Source: Candidatus Micrarchaeota archaeon (GTDB taxonomy: Archaea; Micrarchaeota; Micrarchaeia; Micrarchaeales; CABMGC01). From it: 19,711 nt of DNA. Position 1 is the first letter of the stretch. The number at the start of each line of letters is the position of its first letter. Positions 8,058 to 15,890 of this stretch are shown here, one piece after another. The notes under the pieces are model-generated. The model was not told the DNA's origin and searched no databases. It saw only the letters and a program-made list of their open reading frames with translations. The translations under genes and the position numbers were made by a program. The DNA is taken from NCBI GenBank assembly GCA_027319905.1, contig DAHVMJ010000014.1, positions 1 through 19,711 of the forward strand, in the 5' to 3' direction.

Positions 8058-9116
8058 TTGGCCGTAGAGCTCGGCCCTCTAGTTTCGGAAGTCAAGGAAC
8101 CGATATCCCTTGACGATCTTTCCAACAAGACGATAGCGATAGACGCGTACAACACCATCTACCAGTTCCTCTCCATCATCCGCGGGCCTGACGGCACGCC
8201 GCTCAAGGACTCGCACGGCAATGTGACCAGCCACCTGTCCGGCCTCTTCTACAGGACCATCAATCTACTTGAGCACAAGATAACTCCTATATTTGTCTTC
8301 GATGGCATACCTCCGGCGCTCAAGCAGCGCACCATAGAGGCGAGGATGGCAAGGAGGAGGGAAGCGGCTGAGGAGTGGGAGAAGGCGCTAAAGAAGGGCA
8401 TGGTCGAAGAGGCGAGAACGCACGCGATGGCTAGCACGCGGATAAACAAGGAGATAGTAGCGAGCTCGAAGGAGCTGCTGGGCTACATGGGGATAGCATG
8501 CATACAGGCGCCAAGCGAGGGCGAGGCGCAAGCCGCAAGGATGACGCGGGAGGGTGTGGTTGATGCAAGCGCAACACAAGATTATGACATATTTCTGTTC
8601 GGCTCAGATGTGGCTGTGAGGAATCTCACGATAAGTGGCAGGCGCAAGCTGCCGAAAAAGAACGTATTCATTGATATCACTCCTGAGCGTGTCGAGTTGA
8701 GGATGCTCCTGGCGCGCCTTGGCCTGAACCAGAGGCAACTGGTATGGCTTGGCATGCTGGTGGGCACAGACTTCAACGAGGGTATAGAGGGCGTGGGCCC
8801 GAAGACAGCGCTGAAGATAGTGAAGGACAAGAAGAGCCTGAAGGAGGTTGTTGATTACGTCAACGGCAAGTACAAGAGCGGTTTCGAGGTGGAACCTGAG
8901 GCGGTTGAGGAGGTTTTCCTAAAGCCAGAGACCGCTGAACTCGGAAAAAATAATCTGAACTTGTTGCTGAAGGATTCGAGAGCAAACAAAGAGAAAATAG
9001 TCAGGTTCCTGTGCGATGAGCATGACTTCTCGCACGAGCGTGTTGACAAGTTCGCAGATGCGCTCGTGGACTACAAATCGGCCGCGGGACAGAAAGGGAT
9101 AGGGGCATGGGTCTAA
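8058..9116 (+). CDS. fen: Flap endonuclease 1
   Basis: Motifs IDAYNTIYQFLSIIR, FVFDG, APSEGEAQAA, GTDFN and GVGPKTA, plus a C-terminal PIP-like QKGIGAW. Confidence 0.97.
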   Translation: MAVELGPLVSEVKEPISLDDLSNKTIAIDAYNTIYQFLSIIRGPDGTPLKDSHGNVTSHLSGLFYRTINLLEHKITPIFVFDGIPPALKQRTIEARMARRREAAEEWEKALKKGMVEEARTHAMASTRINKEIVASSKELLGYMGIACIQAPSEGEAQAARMTREGVVDASATQDYDIFLFGSDVAVRNLTISGRRKLPKKNVFIDITPERVELRMLLARLGLNQRQLVWLGMLVGTDFNEGIEGVGPKTALKIVKDKKSLKEVVDYVNGKYKSGFEVEPEAVEEVFLKPETAELGKNNLNLLLKDSRANKEKIVRFLCDEHDFSHERVDKFADALVDYKSAAGQKGIGAWV

Positions 9117-9129
9117 TTACGCAAACTAC

Positions 9130-9393
9130 TCAGAAATCTTGTCTATACCATTTCTCGTATTCTTTATGAGTCCCCACGAAGTAGAACCTTACCCTTGTTT
9201 CATCAGAGACCCTGTAAATGATTCTGTACTGTCCTACTTCGTCCACGAAGAATGAGCTTCTCATCAGGTGTCTCTTTTCTGGATATAGCAGAATATTCTT
9301 GATTTTCTTCACGATTCTGACTCTAATGCTTTTGTCTAATGACTGGAAATACCTGGGCCATTCTTGGTCAAACTCTGCGGTGTACGTACCTAT
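9130..9393 (-). CDS. RelE/ParE-superfamily toxin; frame extends upstream of the track's GTG but has no canonical start
   Basis: Manual extension gives (I)GTYTAEFDQEWPRYFQSLDKSIRVRIVKKIKNILLYPEKRHL...VGQYRIIY...FVGTHKEY, about 87 aa with a RelE-like pattern. It overlaps the antitoxin stop. Confidence 0.75.
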   Translation of the reverse strand: MGTYTAEFDQEWPRYFQSLDKSIRVRIVKKIKNILLYPEKRHLMRSSFFVDEVGQYRIIYRVSDETRVRFYFVGTHKEYEKWYRQDF

Positions 9394-9632
9394 CCCTTGA
9401 GATATCTAACGTGTTCACCTAGAGCTTCATGAGCATTCAATAGTTTTCGTTTCCCTCCTTTTATCTGCGCATCAATCTTGTTGAGCTTCTTCTCGGTCAT
9501 AATGACCTCAGCATGTCTATCACTAAAATTAATTATTGCAAGCCTTATGGCCTCGGATTTCGTGTTGGCATACCCCTTTTTCACCATGACTTCAAGGATT
9601 TGCCGGGTTTTGCCTCTCAGATTAACGTTCAC
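9390..9632 (-). CDS. Ribbon-helix-helix (CopG-like) antitoxin
   Basis: LEVMVKKGYANTKSEAIRLAI is a typical RHH pattern. It sits directly upstream of the RelE-like ORF, with a TATA-like atttaaat near 9664-9671. Confidence 0.8.
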   Translation of the reverse strand: MNVNLRGKTRQILEVMVKKGYANTKSEAIRLAIINFSDRHAEVIMTEKKLNKIDAQIKGGKRKLLNAHEALGEHVRYLKG

Positions 9633-9721
9633 TTGTCTTGCCCACGATTATTATATCTGTAATGATTTAAATATGTTCTGTTTATGTATGGTTTATGAGC
9701 ACTGTACGGCATGGCTGCTTC

Positions 9722-10303
9722 TCAGGCTAGACTGTCGTACATCTTATCGTTGAATTCGTACACCGTTGTCTCTGAACCCATGAAAACGCCAATCTTTGCG
9801 AGCAATTCGTTCTTATCCTTCAGCTCGCTCATTCCCTTCCCTATCTCAACCGCAAGGATCTTGCCCCCGAACTCGCAGTATACGGCGTAGTCTTTCTCTG
9901 TTTCGTTCTTTACAGACACGACCACCTTGGCGGAGAGGTTGCCGAGGCCGATCAGGATGCTGCAGAGAAGCACCGCCTGGTCAAAGACGTCGCCGGCGCC
10001 TATGCCGAGAACCTGGTTGGGTCTGAGCCAAAACTCTATGGGAGGCGACACCTGGCTTATCGAACTACTGACGAACGCGTATGCTTTTCGCATCGCCTCG
10101 GGGAAGTCTGTATCGAAATTGTAGGAGAGGAACTCTCCTTTTATCTTGTTCGCCGCGGCCACGACGGTTTCGTCAGAAGGCGTGACCAGCTTTGGGAGCT
10201 CGGCCATGTAGAGGCGCTCGCCTTCCTCTATCTTCTCCCTGTAGCGCATTATCATCTCTAGGTACAACGCATTATACTTCTTGAGGAGCTCATCCTCACT
10301 CAT
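9722..10303 (-). CDS. Transglutaminase-like fold protein, catalytic Cys apparently absent
   Basis: FWLRPNQVL..GAGDVFDQAVLLCSIL resembles the W..P.e.l...GDCeD.A.Ll.Sl motif, with V in place of C. Confidence 0.6.
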   Translation of the reverse strand: MSEDELLKKYNALYLEMIMRYREKIEEGERLYMAELPKLVTPSDETVVAAANKIKGEFLSYNFDTDFPEAMRKAYAFVSSSISQVSPPIEFWLRPNQVLGIGAGDVFDQAVLLCSILIGLGNLSAKVVVSVKNETEKDYAVYCEFGGKILAVEIGKGMSELKDKNELLAKIGVFMGSETTVYEFNDKMYDSLA

Positions 10304-10350
10304 CCCGCACCCCTAGTTTATTCCTATGGAAAGGCTCTTACCCCTTGCCT

Positions 10351-10782
10351 TCAGCTCAGCACTATTATCGTTTTCGTCTTCACCACGCCTGATATTGCGT
10401 CTATGTGGTTTAGCAGTATGTCCTTGAAATGCGCCGTGTCTTTAGCGATCACCTTGACCAGTATGTCTGCCTCTCCGGTTATGACATAACCTTCCTTGAC
10501 ATAGGCGAGGCTCATCAACTCCTTTAGCAGCTTGTCCTGTGTCTTGCGCATGTCCTTGAGCATATTCACGTCGATATTTATGAGCACAAACGCCGTCAAC
10601 GGCAGCCCCGCCCTCCTCCAGTCTATCTCACCACGGTAGTACTTGATCGTGCCCTCTCTCTCCAGCCTCTTCATTCTGAAGTGAATAGTGGAAAGCGGCT
10701 GATTCAGCTTCTTTGCGAGTGCCGTATACTTGATCACCCCCGAATCCACGTGGTGCAGCAGCTCCTCATCTATCTCGTCCAT
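10351..10782 (-). CDS. Lrp/AsnC family transcriptional regulator
   Basis: Has the MDEID start, the HTH LAKKLNQPLSTIHFRMKRLEREG and the RAM-domain motif ITGEADILVKV. It is divergent from asnB. Confidence 0.93.
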   Translation of the reverse strand: MDEIDEELLHHVDSGVIKYTALAKKLNQPLSTIHFRMKRLEREGTIKYYRGEIDWRRAGLPLTAFVLINIDVNMLKDMRKTQDKLLKELMSLAYVKEGYVITGEADILVKVIAKDTAHFKDILLNHIDAISGVVKTKTIIVLS

Positions 10783-10897
10783 ACTTGTATTTTATACAAT
10801 AAGATATATAAATTATGCTAAAATATCTGGAGAATATCCCTAAATATTGAATAAAGTCTTATATATGCCGGACCTCCCAGCATACTACGGTAATCGT
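10783..10897. promoter_or_regulatory. Divergent promoter region lrp / asnB
   Basis: AT-rich, with TATA-like tttatata on the minus strand (about 10806-10813) and cttatata on the plus strand (10858-10865). Repeated AATAT motifs lie between them. Confidence 0.55.
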
Positions 10898-12544
10898 GTG
10901 TGCGGGATAGTTGGCATATTCGACTTCAAGACAGAGCCCGAAGAGGTGCGCCAGCGGGCGCTTTCGATGGCCTGTGAGATACGTCATAGGGGACCTGACT
11001 GGAGCGGCATCTATGCTGACGACAAGGCCGTTTTGGCGCACGAGAGGCTTGCGATTGTTGATCCAGAAAGCGGTGCGCAGCCGCTGATTGACAAGACGAC
11101 AGGCAGCGTCCTCTGTGTAAACGGTGAGATCTACAGCCATGCGTCGCTCGAGAAGAAGCTCAAAAGGAAGCACGCGTGGCAGACGAAGTCGGATTGTGAG
11201 GTGATCCTGTACCTTTACGACGAGTTCGGCAGTGATTTTGTGGAGATGCTGAGCGGCATATTCGCCTTCGTGCTCTACGATAAGAGGAAAGGCAGCTATC
11301 TCATTGCAAGGGACCACATTGGCATAGAGCCATTGTACGTCGGCTGGGATGGCGAAGGAGCGCTACACGTTGCGAGCGAGATGAAAGCGCTGAGCCCTTA
11401 CTGCGGCAAGATTATCGAGTTCCCTCCAGGCTGCTACTATGACAGCAGAAAGAAGGAGTTCACGAGATGGTACAAGCGCAGGTGGATGACAGAGGTGCCG
11501 AAAGGCGGAGTTTCGTTGAGGAGGCTGAGAAGCGAGCTTGACTCTGCTGTGAAAAGGCAGCTCATGTCCGATGTTCCGTACGGCGTCCTGGTCTCGGGCG
11601 GCCTCGACTCTTCTCTTGTCGCAGCTTTAGCGGCAAAGCACAGTCCCGAGAAGCTTCACTCCTTCTCCGTAGGGCTTGAGGGAGCGCCAGACACAAAGTA
11701 TGCAAGAAAGGTCGCAGAATACATAGGAACGGCGCACCACGAGGTCCTTTTCACAGTGCAGGAAGGGATCGATGCCATCCGCGATGTCATCTATCACCTT
11801 GAAACCTTTGACACCACTACCATTCGTGCAGGAACACCGATGTACCTCATGGCTAGGAAGATAAAGTCCATGGGAATAAAGATGGTGCTATCAGGCGAGG
11901 GCTCTGACGAGGTATTCGGCGGCTACCTGTACTTCCACAAGGCGCCAGACGCGAAGGAGTTTCATGAAGAAACTGTGAGGAAGCTGTTGGCGCTTAGCAA
12001 GTACGACTGCCTTCGCGCGAACAAGGCGATGGCAGCTTGGGGAGTTGAAACACGGGTTCCGTTCCTCGACGAGGAGTTCCTGGATTACGCGATGAGCATC
12101 GATCCGGAGCAGAAAATGTGCAGCGGAAGCAAGATCGAGAAAAGCGTGCTCAGAGAAGCGTTCGATGGAGTTCTGCCGAAAGAGATACTGTGGAGACAGA
12201 AAGAGCAGTTTTCAGACGGAGTTGGCTACGGATGGATAGACTACTTGAAGGAGTACACAGAGAGACAGGTGAGCGACAAACAGATGAGGGACGCGAAGAA
12301 GAGGTTCCCGGTCCAGACGCCCACGACAAAGGAACAATACTACTATAGAACTGTATTTGATAGCCTTTTCCCTGGCGACTCTGCGGCGCTTACCGTGCCT
12401 GTGGGACCCTCAATAGCATGCTCTACCCCCGCAGCGGCGAGATGGAGCAAGGAGTTTAGAGGAGTAGAGGACCCATCTGGCAGGGCGGTTAGCAGCGTGC
12501 ACAGGCACGGACTGCAGGCGGTTGCGGAGAAAGCGGAGAATTGA
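10898..12544 (+). CDS. asnB: Glutamine-dependent asparagine synthetase B
   Basis: The Ntn start (M)CGIVG requires initiation at GTG 10898. Motifs RHRGPDWSG, HERLAIVD, SGGLDSS, SGEGSDE, QKEQFSDGVG and DPSGRA match the bacterial/E. coli AsnB type. Confidence 0.96.
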   Translation: MCGIVGIFDFKTEPEEVRQRALSMACEIRHRGPDWSGIYADDKAVLAHERLAIVDPESGAQPLIDKTTGSVLCVNGEIYSHASLEKKLKRKHAWQTKSDCEVILYLYDEFGSDFVEMLSGIFAFVLYDKRKGSYLIARDHIGIEPLYVGWDGEGALHVASEMKALSPYCGKIIEFPPGCYYDSRKKEFTRWYKRRWMTEVPKGGVSLRRLRSELDSAVKRQLMSDVPYGVLVSGGLDSSLVAALAAKHSPEKLHSFSVGLEGAPDTKYARKVAEYIGTAHHEVLFTVQEGIDAIRDVIYHLETFDTTTIRAGTPMYLMARKIKSMGIKMVLSGEGSDEVFGGYLYFHKAPDAKEFHEETVRKLLALSKYDCLRANKAMAAWGVETRVPFLDEEFLDYAMSIDPEQKMCSGSKIEKSVLREAFDGVLPKEILWRQKEQFSDGVGYGWIDYLKEYTERQVSDKQMRDAKKRFPVQTPTTKEQYYYRTVFDSLFPGDSAALTVPVGPSIACSTPAAARWSKEFRGVEDPSGRAVSSVHRHGLQAVAEKAEN

Positions 12545-12551
12545 TACTTGT

Positions 12552-12623
12552 GCCCGAATAGCTCGGTGGTAGAGCGAGCGGCTGTTAACCGCTAGGTCGC
12601 AGGTCCAATCCCTGCTTCGGGCG
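12552..12623 (+). tRNA. tRNA-Asn(GTT), intronless, CCA not encoded
   Basis: Acceptor stem GCCCGAA/TTCGGGC plus discriminator G, D stem GCTC/GAGC, anticodon stem AGCGG/CCGCT with loop CTGTTAA, and T stem GCAGG/CCTGC. Confidence 0.93.
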
Positions 12624-12674
12624 CCTGCACGAAATTAATTAAAGGTTGGTTTGAAAAGAAGTAAAGGGAAGGAC

Positions 12675-13973
12675 ATGCACATCAGAGACGCTACAAAAGA
12701 GCTGGGAAAAAGCGTCAGCCTGCAGGGGTGGGTGCACAGGAAGAGGGAGAGCGGAGGCATCGCCTTCATCGTGTTGCGTGACCATACCGGCATAATACAG
12801 GCCGCAGTGAAGAAGGACAAGGTGGACGCCAAGTCGTGGAAAGCTGCTACTGCCTCGAGCCTGGAATCTAGCGTGAAGGCCATAGGCACTGTGAAGAAGG
12901 ACGATAGAGCGCCTGGAGGGTTTGAGCTCGAGGTTTCGAAGTTTGAGAACATTCATGTGGCCGAGCCTTTTCCGATAACCGAATACCAGAGCGCCGAGCT
13001 GCTTCTGGACAGGCGCCACCTCTGGCTCAGGAGCAGGAAGATGACAAACGTGATGAAGGCGCGCTCCTACGTATTCAAGTACGCCAGGGAGTACCTTGAT
13101 GGCCGCGAGTTCTTCGAGATCCAGCCACCCACGATAACGATGGCGGGAGGAGAGACGGGATCTGCGCTCTTCGATGTTGGCTTCTTCGGAAAGAAAGCGT
13201 ACCTGACCGAATCCTCGCAGCTCTATGCGGAGGCGATGATCTTCTCTCTCGAGAAGGTATATTCGCTGGTGCCCGCGTACAGGGCCGAGAAGTCAAGAAC
13301 AACGAAGCACATAGCAGAGCTATGGATGCTCGAACCCGAGATGGCCTTCTACACTCAGGAGCAGAACATGAAGGTGCAGGAGGAGTTGGTCAGCCACGTG
13401 GCGACAAGCCTGGCCGAGGATCACCGCGAACTGCTGGAAGAGCTTGACGTAGACCGTAAGGCACTTCTGGAAGTGAAACCGCCATTCAAGAGGATTTCCT
13501 ACCAGAAAGCTATAGACGTGCTGAATGAGAGGGGAGCGAAGCTCAAGTGGGGCGATGATTTCGGAGTGCCTGAGGAGAAGCTGCTCACCGAGGGAGAGAA
13601 GAAGCCGATATTCGTCGAGAACTGGCCAAAGGAGATAAAGTCGTTCTACATGGTCGTCAACCCGAAGGACCCGAGGACGGTTATCTGCGCAGACATGCAG
13701 GCTCCGAACGGCCACGGAGAGATAATAGGCGGATCGGAGAGGGAGTGGCGCCTGGACATGCTACTCAAGCGCATGAAGGAAACTGAGAAGGCCACAGGAA
13801 CGAAGTTCAACATGAAGAACTACGACTGGTGGCTGGACCTCAGGAGGTACGGATCTGTGCCGCACGCCGGCTTCGGTATGGGCATGGAACGCCTGATAAA
13901 GTGGCTGCTCAACCTCGACCACATACGCGACGCAATACCGTTCCCGAGAATGAGCAACAGGCTATATCCGTAA
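12675..13973 (+). CDS. asnS: Asparagine--tRNA ligase (archaeal type)
   Basis: N-terminal OB fold (GWVHRKR, FIVLRD), LLDRRHLWLR, RAEKSRT, and LDLRRYGSVPHAGFGMGMER...FPR. ATG 12675 is preferred over TTG 12651. Confidence 0.9.
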   Translation: MHIRDATKELGKSVSLQGWVHRKRESGGIAFIVLRDHTGIIQAAVKKDKVDAKSWKAATASSLESSVKAIGTVKKDDRAPGGFELEVSKFENIHVAEPFPITEYQSAELLLDRRHLWLRSRKMTNVMKARSYVFKYAREYLDGREFFEIQPPTITMAGGETGSALFDVGFFGKKAYLTESSQLYAEAMIFSLEKVYSLVPAYRAEKSRTTKHIAELWMLEPEMAFYTQEQNMKVQEELVSHVATSLAEDHRELLEELDVDRKALLEVKPPFKRISYQKAIDVLNERGAKLKWGDDFGVPEEKLLTEGEKKPIFVENWPKEIKSFYMVVNPKDPRTVICADMQAPNGHGEIIGGSEREWRLDMLLKRMKETEKATGTKFNMKNYDWWLDLRRYGSVPHAGFGMGMERLIKWLLNLDHIRDAIPFPRMSNRLYP

Positions 13974-14017
13974 AATGAAACCACAGAAACACTATTAAAT
14001 GGGCTTCGAGAAGACTC

Positions 14018-14746
14018 ATGGGGGCTTACATGAAAGTAGTGAAGGTAATAACGGACACCGAGACAGGGGGCACAACTCCTGCAACTGATGGACTTGGATC
14101 CATAGGAGCCTTGATCTACACGGACCCGAAAAGGACGTTTTACGTTGAATGCAGAGTCGATAAGGATAAGAAAATCAACGAGGGCGCGCTGAAGGTGAAC
14201 GGTTTCACCGAAGCGCAGATGCGGGACCCGAACAAGCCATCTGTTCAAGAGGGGGTCAGGGCTTTTGTCGAGTGGATCGAGGAGTACTCAAAAGGGCAGA
14301 AGGATAAGATGCGCGTAGAGATAGGAGGCGAAAATCCTGTTTTTGATATCTCTTTCATCCAACCTGTGGTGAGGGAGATAGGCAGGGACTGGACGTTTGG
14401 GTACAGGGCCCTGGATCTGCACTCGATAGTGTCAGGACAGCTTGAAACCCTTAACCCTGAGTATAGGGACGCGGGAGCGATAGGCATAGTAGTCAACACC
14501 GATATCGCAATAGAATACACGGGACTCTACCAGCGCAAGGGCCCCCACAATGCGCTCGAGGATGCAAAGCTTGAGGCCGAGGCGCTTTCCAGGGCGCTCA
14601 GGGGCAAGAGCTTGATTGAAGAGTATGCGAAGATACCCGTACCCATCTATCTCGACGTGAATGCGGACATGAGGCAACGGGAAGAAAGTGCTTTTTACTT
14701 CTGCAAACAGATAGAGGAGCGGGAAGCTGCAGCAGCCAACAAGTGA
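14018..14746 (+). CDS. DEDDh 3'-5' exonuclease family protein
   Basis: ExoI DTETGG, ExoII ENPVFD and ExoIII HNALEDA. The start may be ATG 14030. Confidence 0.85.
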   Translation: MGAYMKVVKVITDTETGGTTPATDGLGSIGALIYTDPKRTFYVECRVDKDKKINEGALKVNGFTEAQMRDPNKPSVQEGVRAFVEWIEEYSKGQKDKMRVEIGGENPVFDISFIQPVVREIGRDWTFGYRALDLHSIVSGQLETLNPEYRDAGAIGIVVNTDIAIEYTGLYQRKGPHNALEDAKLEAEALSRALRGKSLIEEYAKIPVPIYLDVNADMRQREESAFYFCKQIEEREAAAANK

Positions 14747-14849
14747 TAGCGCGCCGCAAATTCTTCATGGCAGCGAACCTGGACAAAAGGGTAAATGCCG
14801 TTTTTGGGACTGTTTTTAAACTCGCATTACCAATTCGTATTGGGATTGT

Positions 14850-15116
14850 GTGCCATATATTATGAAGTCTCAGCGACCCGATATAGACGAACTATTGAAC
14901 CCCCTGATAGAACACCTGAAGAAGCAGCAGACAGAGGCTGTTGACGGACAGATAAACTACATAATAACACGCATGCTGAATGGCCTCTACCAGCCGCGGT
15001 ATTTCAACTACAACAGGGCGATTGGAGTGCTTGAAGCGGTCAAGCAGGAGTTCTACCGCAAGCACATAGCTCCTTATGAGGACAAGAGGGAAAATGAGGA
15101 GGGCGCGGTTTCGTAG
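14850..15116 (+). CDS. Conserved small hypothetical protein (MPYI...GxxNYxITR...EFYR...PYED family, possibly DUF6899)
   Basis: The motif pattern is recognised from memory, so the family name is tentative. TATA-like tttttaaa lies at 14813-14820. Confidence 0.7.
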   Translation: MPYIMKSQRPDIDELLNPLIEHLKKQQTEAVDGQINYIITRMLNGLYQPRYFNYNRAIGVLEAVKQEFYRKHIAPYEDKRENEEGAVS

Positions 15117-15876
15117 CTTGGCTGCGCTAGATAGCATCGTCTCCGTATTCAGGGTCAGGCACGAGGAACGGGTCTCGGCTGGCGTTAAGCTGCAGGTAGT
15201 CGAAAACGACAACGTGAAGATGCTCAAGATAGACGGCGTTACCCAGTCTATCATAAACAAGAAATCTCTGTACACGCGTGGATACTGGGACTACTTCATC
15301 CCGACCTTCTACCTGCAAAAGAACCCGACGGTTCTTCTCATAGGACTTGGTCTGGGCACAAGCGTCTGCCAGCTGCGCGGATTACTTGGCAGGAGGGCGA
15401 AACTGGAGATAGTTGAGAAGAACGGTGGGCTTGTCGATTTCTCAATCAGACACAACACGGGCTTGAGGCACGAGAAAATAAAGATAGGAGACGGGGCGGC
15501 GTATGTGTCTGAAAGAAAGCGCGCATACGACCTGATAGTTCTTGACGCATACGAGAGAGGCGGAATCATACCAGAAAAGTTCCTCTCGCAGGCATTTATA
15601 AAAAATGCCGACGCGGCGCTGAAGAAAGAAGGCATACTTGCAATCAACTATGCGATGAACTTTAGGAACGCATTCAAATTCTCGCGGTTCAAGAAACTGC
15701 TGAAGAAAAGATTCAAGATATACGCGGTCAGTGCCGGGGCGCCGGGCATGTTAATCATCATCTGCTCGAAGAGCATAAACAAAGAAGCGATGCTTGACAC
15801 GGTACGCGGACGCATGAGAGTTGACGAATCTAACGCAGCCCTGCTAAAAGAGTACGAACTGATGCGCACGCTCTGA
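15076..15876 (+). CDS. Spermidine synthase-like class I SAM-dependent methyltransferase-fold protein
   Basis: Motifs LKIDGVTQS, VLLIGLGLG, GDGAAYV, YDLIVLDAY and GILAIN. Confidence 0.8.
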   Translation: MRTRGKMRRARFRSLAALDSIVSVFRVRHEERVSAGVKLQVVENDNVKMLKIDGVTQSIINKKSLYTRGYWDYFIPTFYLQKNPTVLLIGLGLGTSVCQLRGLLGRRAKLEIVEKNGGLVDFSIRHNTGLRHEKIKIGDGAAYVSERKRAYDLIVLDAYERGGIIPEKFLSQAFIKNADAALKKEGILAINYAMNFRNAFKFSRFKKLLKKRFKIYAVSAGAPGMLIIICSKSINKEAMLDTVRGRMRVDESNAALLKEYELMRTL

Positions 15877-15890
15877 CTGCGCGCGCAGCG

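Noticed and set aside
10847..10897. N-terminal extension of AsnB in the ORF track
   Set aside because: Ntn amidotransferases need Cys at the mature N-terminus, and the extension overlaps the TATA-like element.
12600..12625. tRNA-Asn as an integration site for the Asn module or downstream genes
   Set aside because: No duplicated tRNA 3' end or integrase was seen in the window.
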